Virus genome (UHGV): UHGV-0117953
Source of the DNA: a virus
DNA length: 13,797 nt
Reading direction: 5' to 3' (one strand)
Shown: piece by piece, positions 6,785-13,797 of the stretch
Position numbering within the stretch: the stretch's first letter is position 1
Layout: every line of letters starts with the position of its first letter
The notes under the pieces: generated by a model
Told to the model about the DNA's origin: nothing
The model's input: only the letters and a program-made list of their open reading frames with translations
Databases searched by the model: none
Made by a program: the position numbers and the translations under genes

Positions 6785-9195
6785 GTCATGCCGATATGAA
6801 CAACTGCTGCGGCTTTAACGAAGCTGCCGCATCGTTCTCATGGAACAGCCCGAAAAAGGCCATTAACCCTTATCTGGACCCGGTGGAAGTTGCGCCGGTT
6901 TCTACGCTTTCAAACCTGATCACTCTGTACGCTGCCGATAACGAGCAGGAACAGCTGCGCCGTGAGGCGCTGAGTGATCAGGTCTGGGAGCGTTATTTCT
7001 TTAATGAATCCCGTGATCCTGTCCAGCGCGAAATGGAACAGGATAAGCTCATTAGTCGGGCAAAGCTGGCGCATGAGCAGCAGCGTTTTAATCCGGATAT
7101 GGTCATTCTGGCGGACGTCAACGCCCAGCCTTCCCATATCAGCAAGCCGCTAATGCAACGTATTGAATACTTCAGCAGCCTGGGCAGGCCAAAGGCTTAT
7201 TCCCGCTATTTACGTGAGACGATTAAGCCATGTCTGGAACGACTGGAGCATGTACGCGACAGTCAGCTATCTGCATCTTTTCGCTTTATGGCAAGCCATG
7301 AAGGGCTGGACGGCCTGCTGATCCTGCCTGAAATGAGTCAGGATCAGGTGAAACGCCTGTCCACCCTGGTAGCTGCGCATATGAGTATGTGCCTTGATGC
7401 CGCTTGTGGCGATTTGTATGCCACCGATGACGTTAAGCCAGAAGAAATCCGCAATACATGGGAAAGGGTGGCAGCGGAAACCCTGCGTCTGGATGTCATC
7501 CCGCCTGCGTTTGAGCAACTCCGTCGGAAAAGAAACCGCCGTAAACCCGTGCCCTATCAACTCATTCCGGGTTCGCTGGCGCGTATGTTGTGCGCCGACT
7601 GGTGGTATCGGAAATTATGGAAGATGCGTTGCGAATGGCGGGAAGAGCAGTTGCGTGCTGTCTGCCTTGTCAGCAAAAAAGTATCTCCCTATGTCAGCTA
7701 TGAAGCCGTGTTGCATAAACGTGAGCAGCGCCGTAAGTCGCTGGAGTTTTTCCGTTCTCATGAACTGGTGAACGAAGACGGCGACACGCTGGACATGGAG
7801 GATGTGGTAAACGCCAGCAGCAGCAACCCTGCGCATCGCCGCAATGAGATGATGGCCTGTGTTAAAGGTCTGGAGCTTATCGCGGAAATGCGCGGTGACT
7901 GCGCCGTTTTCTACACCATCACCTGTCCGTCACGTTTCCATTCCACGCTAAATAACGGCAGACCAAACCCGACCTGGACAAACGCGACGGTAAGACAAAG
8001 CAGTGATTATCTGGTCGGCATGTTTGCTGCATTTCGTAAAGCGATGCACAAAGCCGGATTGCGCTGGTATGGCGTGCGGGTGGCTGAGCCGCATCATGAC
8101 GGTACAGTTCACTGGCACCTGTTGTGTTTTATGCGCAAAAAAGAGCGCCGAGCCATTACTGCTTTGTTGCGTAAGTTTGCCATTCGTGAAGACCGCGAGG
8201 AGCTGGGTAATAACACGGGACCACGCTTTAAGTCTGAGCTGATAAACCCGCGCAAAGGTACGCCAACAAGCTACATCGCGAAATACATCAGTAAGAACAT
8301 TGACGGGCGTGGTCTGGCTGGTGAGATCAGCAAGGAAACGGGTAAATCCCTGCGTGATAACGCTGAATACGTTAATGCCTGGGCGTCTCTACATCGTGTT
8401 CAGCAATTCCGCTTCTTTGGCATTCCGGGGCGTCAGGCTTACCGTGAACTGCGATTGCTGGCTGGTCAGGCGGCAAGGCAACAGGGGGACAAAAAAGCAG
8501 GTGCGCCGGTACTGGATAACCCGCGCCTTGATGCCATCCTGGCTGCTGCTGATGCTGGTTGTTTTGCCTCCTACATCATGAAGCAGGGCGGCGTACTGGT
8601 TCCCCGTAAATATCACCTCATCAGAACCGCTTATGAAATCAACGAAGAGCCGACCGCCTATGGCGATCACGGCATTCGTATTTATGGCATCTGGTCACCC
8701 ATTGCAGAGGGCAAGATCTGCACTCATGCAGTGAAGTGGAAAATGGTTCGTAAAGCCGTTGACGTTCAGGAGGCGGCAGCCGACCAGGGCGCTTGCGCCC
8801 CTTGGACTCGTGGCAATAACTGTCCCCTTGCTGAAAATTTGTACCAACAAGGGAAAGACAAATCAGCTGATGGAGATACCAGAACGGATATCACCCGTAT
8901 GGATGACAAGGAGTTGCACGATTACCTGCACAGTATGAGCAAAAAAGAGCGCCGGGAACTGGCAGCAAGGTTACGCCTGGTGAAACCGAAACGGCGTAAA
9001 GACTACAAACAGCGAATTACAGACCATCAACGACAGCAGCTCGTCTATGAACTGAAGTCCAGAGGATTTGATGGCAGCGAGAAAGAGGTCGATTTACTCC
9101 TTCGCGGCGGCAGCATTCCGTCAGGAGCAGGCCTGCGTATCTTCTATCGGAACCAGCGTTTGCAGGAAGATGATAAGTGGCGGAACCTGTATTAA
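6781..9195 (+). CDS. A: replication initiation endonuclease (P2 gpA-like HUH rolling-circle initiator)
   Basis: 804 aa. HUH-type motif H-W-H at 8110-8118 and two-tyrosine motif Y-I-A-K-Y at 8272-8286, comparable to phiX174 gpA Y-V-A-K-Y. Position after dam as in P2/186 early operons. ATG overlaps the dam stop (ATGA). Confidence 0.85.
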   Translation: MSHADMNNCCGFNEAAASFSWNSPKKAINPYLDPVEVAPVSTLSNLITLYAADNEQEQLRREALSDQVWERYFFNESRDPVQREMEQDKLISRAKLAHEQQRFNPDMVILADVNAQPSHISKPLMQRIEYFSSLGRPKAYSRYLRETIKPCLERLEHVRDSQLSASFRFMASHEGLDGLLILPEMSQDQVKRLSTLVAAHMSMCLDAACGDLYATDDVKPEEIRNTWERVAAETLRLDVIPPAFEQLRRKRNRRKPVPYQLIPGSLARMLCADWWYRKLWKMRCEWREEQLRAVCLVSKKVSPYVSYEAVLHKREQRRKSLEFFRSHELVNEDGDTLDMEDVVNASSSNPAHRRNEMMACVKGLELIAEMRGDCAVFYTITCPSRFHSTLNNGRPNPTWTNATVRQSSDYLVGMFAAFRKAMHKAGLRWYGVRVAEPHHDGTVHWHLLCFMRKKERRAITALLRKFAIREDREELGNNTGPRFKSELINPRKGTPTSYIAKYISKNIDGRGLAGEISKETGKSLRDNAEYVNAWASLHRVQQFRFFGIPGRQAYRELRLLAGQAARQQGDKKAGAPVLDNPRLDAILAAADAGCFASYIMKQGGVLVPRKYHLIRTAYEINEEPTAYGDHGIRIYGIWSPIAEGKICTHAVKWKMVRKAVDVQEAAADQGACAPWTRGNNCPLAENLYQQGKDKSADGDTRTDITRMDDKELHDYLHSMSKKERRELAARLRLVKPKRRKDYKQRITDHQRQQLVYELKSRGFDGSEKEVDLLLRGGSIPSGAGLRIFYRNQRLQEDDKWRNLY

Positions 9196-9289
9196 TTACG
9201 CGGATTAACAATTCGTGCTCTTAATAATACCAGGCATATCAGGCTGATGAACGTAAAAAAACGTTTTACATCAGTAAGATTATTATATA

Positions 9290-9305
9290 CTGTAAATATA
9301 AACAG
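9290..9305 (+). promoter_or_regulatory. LexA box (SOS operator) CTGTAAATATAAACAG
   Basis: Matches CTGT-N8-ACAG with an AT-rich centre. It lies in an AT-rich promoter-like stretch about 45 bp upstream of the RBS and ATG at 9349. Confidence 0.6.
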
Positions 9306-9348
9306 TGGTTATGCATACAGCATTGCTTGTGGTGTTATAGGAGGAAAG

Positions 9349-9537
9349 ATGCAGGACTATTTTTTGGAGTCTTTGAAGCTCCAGCGCATTGATTTTTTTC
9401 TTAAGCTTGTAGCGGCTAGTGAGTGTAGTGATGAAGAGAAGGGGCTGGCTCTGCAGTGGGTTTCTGAATTGACTGATGAACTCATGGCAAAAATCAGAAC
9501 CCACGAATACAACCGCTCAATGGATGTCATCAGCTGA
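9349..9537 (+). CDS. small SOS-operon protein (possible Tum-like N-terminal module)
   Basis: 62 aa from ATG 9349 with AGGAGG at 9339-9344. The track start at 9247 would run through the promoter and LexA box. Immediately followed by the DinI-like gene. Confidence 0.45.
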   Translation: MQDYFLESLKLQRIDFFLKLVAASECSDEEKGLALQWVSELTDELMAKIRTHEYNRSMDVIS

Positions 9538-9547
9538 GGTGACTTTT

Positions 9548-9781
9548 ATGCGCATTGAAATAATGATCGATAAAGAGCAGAAGATTAGCCAGTCTACACT
9601 GGACGCCCTTGAATCCGAGCTTTACCGCAATCTGCGCCCCCTGTATCCCAAAACGGTAATTCGTATCCGCAAAGGTAGCTCTAACGGTGTGGAACTGACC
9701 GGACTGCAACAGGACGAAGAAAGAAAACAAGTGATGAAAATTATGCAGAAGGTGTGGGAAGACGACAGCTGGCTGCATTAA
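9548..9781 (+). CDS. DinI-like protein (phage Tum/DinI family)
   Basis: 77 aa: MRIEIMIDKEQ...LDALESELYRNLRPLYP...IRIRKGSSNGVELTG...KQVMKIMQKVWEDDSWLH parallels E. coli DinI (MRIEVTIAK...ETWESADDWF). GAGGTG RBS 5 nt upstream of ATG 9548. Confidence 0.75.
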   Translation: MRIEIMIDKEQKISQSTLDALESELYRNLRPLYPKTVIRIRKGSSNGVELTGLQQDEERKQVMKIMQKVWEDDSWLH

Positions 9782-10051
9782 GAAACGTTGCTGGCGTCTG
9801 AACTTGCTTCTGGCGTCAGCAAGGTTGAACAACGAGCTATGCGAGGCGTTAGTGTCAATTTGTTACCTTAACCACTATATATGCCAGGAAATTAACAGTT
9901 CTTAAGAAACCGCTTGCATGATCGAGCGCATTGAACTTAAGTTTAAGTAACGAAATCAACAGATGATATTGTTGTCTAAATTTTAAAGATAATCTGTTGA
10001 GGTTGTAGGCGTCGGAGTGTAGACTTCCGCGCCATGTGAAAAGGGGGAGTT

Positions 10052-10267
10052 ATGTCAAGCATCGCCGCATTTAGCCTGGGTAACCCAGTTGAACGTCTGG
10101 CAAGGGTTCTTAAAGAGAACCAGGACAAACTCAATCTTAGTAAAGATGGTTTTGTGTCCGTAGACTTGTCTAACAAAAGAGCAATGGATGCCATCAAGGC
10201 ACAGATGGATAAGCTTGAAGGCATCAAAACGAGCACTGTAAAAGAGAAAACTAATAGAACCAGATAA
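10052..10267 (+). CDS. small soluble protein, first gene of a coupled two-gene cargo operon
   Basis: 71 aa, ATG with GGGGGAG RBS. Helical and charged. Its stop overlaps the start of the next gene (TAATG). Confidence 0.5.
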   Translation: MSSIAAFSLGNPVERLARVLKENQDKLNLSKDGFVSVDLSNKRAMDAIKAQMDKLEGIKTSTVKEKTNRTR

Positions 10268-11109
10268 TGGCAACATTACTTTTAGCAGTGATTTTGGTTA
10301 GTGGTTTTATTTATGTAAACCTATCACTTTCAACAAGATACCGATATAAGCGTTCCAACGGCTGGGACGCTTATTTTTTTGTGGCTGCCTGGGGTATCGT
10401 TTTTTTTCTCCTTGGCGGTTTTTTCACCTTTATTTTGAACGTCAGCGGAGGGTTTCGTTGGCTGGCTAATGCCTTGAATCTAACACCTGACAGTTTTAAT
10501 GGCATGTTGTCTTCATCGAAAGACAAACTTCAAAGAATAAATGAAATCAAACAGATAGCATGGGTTATGATTTCAATTGTCCTCGCTGCGATTTCAGGTT
10601 TTGGAAATAAGTTACGCACATCACGTGGAGATCGTCGCTGGGATGCCTTAGCTAAAGCTGTGGGTAATAACGCTTTCGAATCATTACTTATGGAAGCGTC
10701 CGCAAGACAGTTTCCGATCATAGCAACTCTGTCGTCTCGCAAAATCTATGTTGGCCTTGTTACTTGTCCGGCGTTAGAAAACGGGCTTTCAGAGCACCTT
10801 GAACTTCTCCCGATGTTAAGCGGATATCGGGATAAAGATGATCTAACGATTAGTATCACGACTAACTATCACCAACATTATCTTGATAGTGGTGTGATAA
10901 GTGGAATGTCTCGGCTTAATATCGAAGATTTCCGTGTGCTCATACCAAAAGATGAGGTTGAAACAATTTCGTTTTTTGATACTGAGACATATAACAAATT
11001 TAAAGAAAATGAAGCCAGGGATAGAAAGAACTGTCGAAAGATTGGTAGTAAAAGTGCATCTTCGCGCAGCAAGCGTGCAGCAGATGCTGAGTCAAATGAT
11101 CGTGCATGA
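10267..11109 (+). CDS. membrane protein (3 predicted TM helices plus about 170-aa C-terminal domain), function unknown
   Basis: 280 aa. Hydrophobic segments at about residues 4-21, 35-57 and 96-112, followed by a soluble charged domain. Lower GC than the flanking phage core. Translationally coupled to the 71-aa ORF. Confidence 0.65.
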   Translation: MATLLLAVILVSGFIYVNLSLSTRYRYKRSNGWDAYFFVAAWGIVFFLLGGFFTFILNVSGGFRWLANALNLTPDSFNGMLSSSKDKLQRINEIKQIAWVMISIVLAAISGFGNKLRTSRGDRRWDALAKAVGNNAFESLLMEASARQFPIIATLSSRKIYVGLVTCPALENGLSEHLELLPMLSGYRDKDDLTISITTNYHQHYLDSGVISGMSRLNIEDFRVLIPKDEVETISFFDTETYNKFKENEARDRKNCRKIGSKSASSRSKRAADAESNDRA

Positions 11110-11157
11110 CTATGCTGCATGAGATCGCATGATCGTTTGAGGATCATTTTTGCTGAG

Positions 11158-11181
11158 GCCCGCCAGAACTGGCGGGCTTTT
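11158..11181 (+). terminator. rho-independent terminator
   Basis: gcccgccag-aa-ctggcgggc (9-bp GC-rich stem) followed by tttt at 11178-11181, 50 bp after the membrane-protein stop. Confidence 0.6.
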
Positions 11182-11226
11182 GCGTAGATCATGCAACTGC
11201 ATGAAAACCACTACATAAAGCGGGCA

Positions 11227-11245
11227 GGCGTGGCGGGGATACGAG
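11227..11245. other. cos-like G/C-rich motif GGCGTGGCGGGGATACGAG
   Basis: The first 13 nt match what I recall of the 19-nt cohesive ends of 186/P2 (GGCG[A/T]GGCGGGGA...). Located between the early-region cargo and the packaging genes, where cos sits in a P2/186 prophage. Confidence 0.35.
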
Positions 11246-11362
11246 CGCGCGCAAAACCTGTTGTTTAAGTGGTTTAGATCGGATAATTTATATGTTGTCC
11301 ACTTGAATTAAAATTATGCAATGTTTTATATCTGATTCATTTATATAAGTTAGGTAAGATAG

Positions 11363-12367
11363 ATGACAGACGAAGAATTAAAAGAACAGCATTCAATTTA
11401 CGGCTCAGTTGCGGAATTGTTCAGACGAGTTATGGTTGAGCAAATTGATGTTATTTTGTCGGAGAATAAATTGTCTTTAGGGGTTCCAATTGAAAGCCGT
11501 GTCAAAACATTAAGTTCTATTATTAATAAGGATAACCGAAAACCTCTAAAGATTGAGTCAATAGTTGACTTGGATGATTATGTTGGAATCCGATTAATAA
11601 TGCTATTTAAGCGAGATGTTGAAAAGGTTATATCTTGTCTGAAAGAACATTTCATTATTTTGAAGCAAGAGAATAAACTTGATGAACTGGATGAGGATAG
11701 ATTTGGGTACCAATCTCATCATTATGTAATACAACCTCCAGAAGAATGGCTAAGAGTTCCATCCTTTAGTGATTTTAAAAATATGAAAGTGGAGGTGCAA
11801 ATACGAACGCTTTCTCAGCATATTTGGGCTGCAGCATCTCATAAACTGCAATACAAAAAAGAGCAAAGTGTTCCACTTCCTCTTAGGCGAGCAATTAATA
11901 GAGTATCTGCTTTGCTTGAAGTCGTTGATTTCGAATTTGAAAGAGTGTTATCAGAGCGTGAGGGGTATGTTGAGACAAGCAGACTAGATAGAGGAACTAT
12001 GCTTGACGTAGAATTGCTGAAAATGATAGCTGCAAGTGAATTACCACCTGATAATAAATCTGATGATGAAAATTATGATGATTTGCTTTCTGAATTAATT
12101 AAAAATAAAATTATAACTGTAGGTGAGTGTATTGACGCTTTAAAGAGTGGGCTACCTTCGGCTATTGACGAAGATAAGGCAATGGTTAGAAGAATTATAA
12201 GTAATGAAGATGACTATGATGATGAGTCTGAGTTAAAGCGTGCTAGGTTAGGGGTGTTTTTCACTCATGTAGGGTTAATTCGGACTGCGATTGCTAATTC
12301 TATGGGGGCTTCTTATATTAGAAATCAGACCGAAGGAATGGATGTTTATGATGATTCAGAAGAATAA
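11363..12367 (+). CDS. RelA/SpoT-homolog nucleotidyltransferase (toxSAS-like) with an acidic C-terminal domain
   Basis: 334 aa, about 30-38% GC. Synthetase-fold motifs: R46-x-K48...S...K, D-x-x-G75-x-R77 (11585-11593), G-Y-Q-S-H-H (115-120), E-V-Q-I-R-T (11792-11809) and H-I-W-A-A-A-S-H-K-L-Q-Y-K. C-terminal roughly 150 aa are strongly acidic with no Cys cluster. Own AT-rich promoter region and AGGT RBS. Confidence 0.8.
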   Translation: MTDEELKEQHSIYGSVAELFRRVMVEQIDVILSENKLSLGVPIESRVKTLSSIINKDNRKPLKIESIVDLDDYVGIRLIMLFKRDVEKVISCLKEHFIILKQENKLDELDEDRFGYQSHHYVIQPPEEWLRVPSFSDFKNMKVEVQIRTLSQHIWAAASHKLQYKKEQSVPLPLRRAINRVSALLEVVDFEFERVLSEREGYVETSRLDRGTMLDVELLKMIAASELPPDNKSDDENYDDLLSELIKNKIITVGECIDALKSGLPSAIDEDKAMVRRIISNEDDYDDESELKRARLGVFFTHVGLIRTAIANSMGASYIRNQTEGMDVYDDSEE

Positions 12368-12380
12368 TTTCATTTTTTGA

Positions 12381-12410
12381 TTACAGACACTTTCACGAAA
12401 GTGTCTGTAA
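12381..12410. terminator. strong hairpin between convergent genes (possible bidirectional terminator)
   Basis: ttacagacacttt-cacg-aaagtgtctgtaa: perfect 11-13 bp stem with a 4-nt loop, between the RelA/SpoT-like stop (12367) and the portal stop (12416). A T-run sits 5' of it on the plus strand; there is no clean U-tract after the stem in either orientation. Confidence 0.45.
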
Positions 12411-12415
12411 TAGTA

Positions 12416-13438
12416 TTAATCTAAGTTGTATGGCTGGAAAGTAATGACATTTTCTCCTAGCCATACATTTATCTCGAATAATCTCTTCTGCAGCGGGATC
12501 AGTTCATTTCTCACAAAAACTTTACTCGCTTTCTCCACATCCCCAAATCCACCAACATTATTCGGCATAATCCCCATCATTTGCGGCGGCACTCGGTGTG
12601 CTGCCATCATGTCGTCCCGGCTCACGTTCTTGATATTCAGAAACTCATCCTTCGCTGCGACTTCTGATAACGGGATAATCTGAAGCCCGTCTTTTTTGCC
12701 GTTAGGCGAGTACATAAACAGATTACGGAAGTTGCCTGGACCTTTGGCGCTTTTCATCGCGTTACGGAGGTTGTTTACATCCTCCTGGTTCTGCGCGGCG
12801 TCGGTCATGTACATGATGAAGCCTGCATGACTGCCGTTGATGTAATACTTGCGGCGGAACAGCGTGGCGGATTCGTTGAGCAGAGCTGACGGAATGGCAG
12901 AAAGGTAACCCGGCAGACCATAAATCTCCTGGTTGATATCCGGCTCCATCAGGTGGAAGACATTACCTTTTGTGAACTGATACGGCTGTGTCGTCAGGCT
13001 GTATTGCACAAACCAGTATGTTTCAAGGTCAAGTCCGCGCCGGGTGTATTTTGCCAGTGCAGGTTCCAGCGAAATAACTTCACCAAAGCGGTTCGTGCGT
13101 TTCTCCAGGTAGGCGTTACCAAAAACCAGATAGTCCTGCACAAAACGGGTAAATGCCTGCTGGCTGAGAAGGCGATGTGGAATATAGGTACTGCTGATAA
13201 TGTCACGCTTAACACTGATCGGGGAGCTGTGGTGCACGGCGGCGCGGAAGGTGCGCGCCAGTCCGTCAAAGCTGACGGGCGGCTCATACCAGCGATCCAT
13301 CTGTACGCATTCCACATAGTCCAGCAGTTCGCGGCGGTCCAGTACAGGAATGGGATCACCAAAGCTGAAAGCCTCCGCAACGGATTTTTTAGTTTCTTCT
13401 GCAGTTACGGTTTCGTCTGGCGCGATATGTTCTTTCAT
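12416..13438 (-). CDS. portal vertex protein (P2 gpQ-like)
   Basis: 340 aa from ATG 13438 (the track start at 13441 is TTG). Length, and a start sharing one base with the upstream terminase stop, match the P2 Q/P arrangement as I recall it. Confidence 0.85.
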   Translation of the reverse strand: MKEHIAPDETVTAEETKKSVAEAFSFGDPIPVLDRRELLDYVECVQMDRWYEPPVSFDGLARTFRAAVHHSSPISVKRDIISSTYIPHRLLSQQAFTRFVQDYLVFGNAYLEKRTNRFGEVISLEPALAKYTRRGLDLETYWFVQYSLTTQPYQFTKGNVFHLMEPDINQEIYGLPGYLSAIPSALLNESATLFRRKYYINGSHAGFIMYMTDAAQNQEDVNNLRNAMKSAKGPGNFRNLFMYSPNGKKDGLQIIPLSEVAAKDEFLNIKNVSRDDMMAAHRVPPQMMGIMPNNVGGFGDVEKASKVFVRNELIPLQKRLFEINVWLGENVITFQPYNLD

Positions 13439-13797
13439 CAAAAAATCTCCACAATATTGCTGGTATTGGCGGATTCGCCCTGCAGCGGTTCGTTAAACAG
13501 AGCGTGCATCGTTGCCCAGGCCAGATCGGCGTGGCTGGCTTCTTCGCTGCGGCTGGCTTCATAGGTCGGGCGGTTGCCGCTGGCGGTGGTGGCGCGACGG
13601 ATTGCCATAAATGACTGCGCTATGTCGGTGTGTCCGGCGTCAAACTCCAGACGGCGGTGGCTGATAATGTCGTAGGCCTTGAGTACCAGGGCGTTTTTAA
13701 CGTTGGGGTTATACCCAGGGCGGCGGAGCGATGAGTTCTAACGGGATCGTGGTTGATGCGCATCAGCATACTGGCGTCCTGAAAGGCGGCGATACAA
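13438..13797 (-). CDS. terminase large (ATPase) subunit, 3' end only; truncated by the window, with an apparent frame change
   Basis: The minus-strand frame ending at TGA 13438-13440 is open only up to a TAG at 13738-13740 (...LAWATMHALFNEPLQGESANTSNIVEIF*). Upstream, a different minus frame is open from 13797 down to 13623 (...IAAFQDASMLMRINHDP...). Confidence 0.5.

Noticed and set aside
6284-9211. Internal and antisense ORFs within dam and gene A (6284-6550, 6910-7137, 7267-7560, 7394-7771, 7615-7836, 8003-8242, 8300-8581, 8389-8670, 9017-9211)
   Set aside because: All lie inside long, motif-supported genes in alternative frames or strands.
9247-9348. Upstream start at 9247 for the first SOS-operon ORF
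   Set aside because: It would translate through the promoter and LexA box; the AGGAGG RBS supports ATG 9349.
9786-9822. Hairpin ugcuggcguc...ggcgucagca after the DinI-like gene as a terminator
   Set aside because: The stem needs two G-U pairs and a 13-nt loop and has no U-tract after it, so it is not a convincing intrinsic terminator.
9283-9832. Minus-strand ORFs 9283-9504 and 9530-9832
   Set aside because: Antisense to the LexA-controlled small ORF and the DinI-like gene; no independent support.
9976-11192. ORFs 9976-10236, 10055-10276, 10530-10742, 10878-11192 (minus) and 10901-11122 (plus)
   Set aside because: Overlap the coupled two-gene operon on the opposite strand or in another frame.
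12426-13564. ORFs 12426-12683 (plus), 12953-13564 (plus) and 12994-13380 (minus)
   Set aside because: Embedded in or antisense to the portal gene, which is supported by length and its P2-like overlap with the terminase stop.
1-13797. CRISPR array, rRNA, tRNA, insertion sequence or transposase
   Set aside because: No regularly spaced repeat array, no rRNA or tRNA features, and no transposase-like ORF or terminal inverted repeats were seen.

Overview
This window reads as the left part of a P2/186-family temperate prophage (enterobacterial type) with AT-rich cargo genes inserted in the GC-neutral phage backbone. All calls are from reading the sequence and ORF track by eye; no database search was run. 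Order: an AT-rich non-coding leader and a DUF2971-like gene (515-1267); tyrosine integrase (minus); a small signal-peptide Cys-rich ORF; CI-type repressor (minus); then a rightward early operon with Cox/Apl-like, CII, small ORFs, TraR-like zinc finger, Dam methyltransferase and the HUH replication endonuclease A. Downstream are a LexA-box-controlled Tum/DinI-like module, a coupled two-gene cargo operon (71-aa protein plus 3-TM membrane protein), an intrinsic terminator, a cos-like G/C motif, a RelA/SpoT-fold (toxSAS-like) single gene, then portal and the 3' end of terminase large subunit (minus). The best candidates for an undescribed defence function are the RelA/SpoT-like gene at 11363-12367 and the two-gene membrane operon at 10052-11109. 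No tRNA, rRNA, CRISPR array or IS element was recognised.
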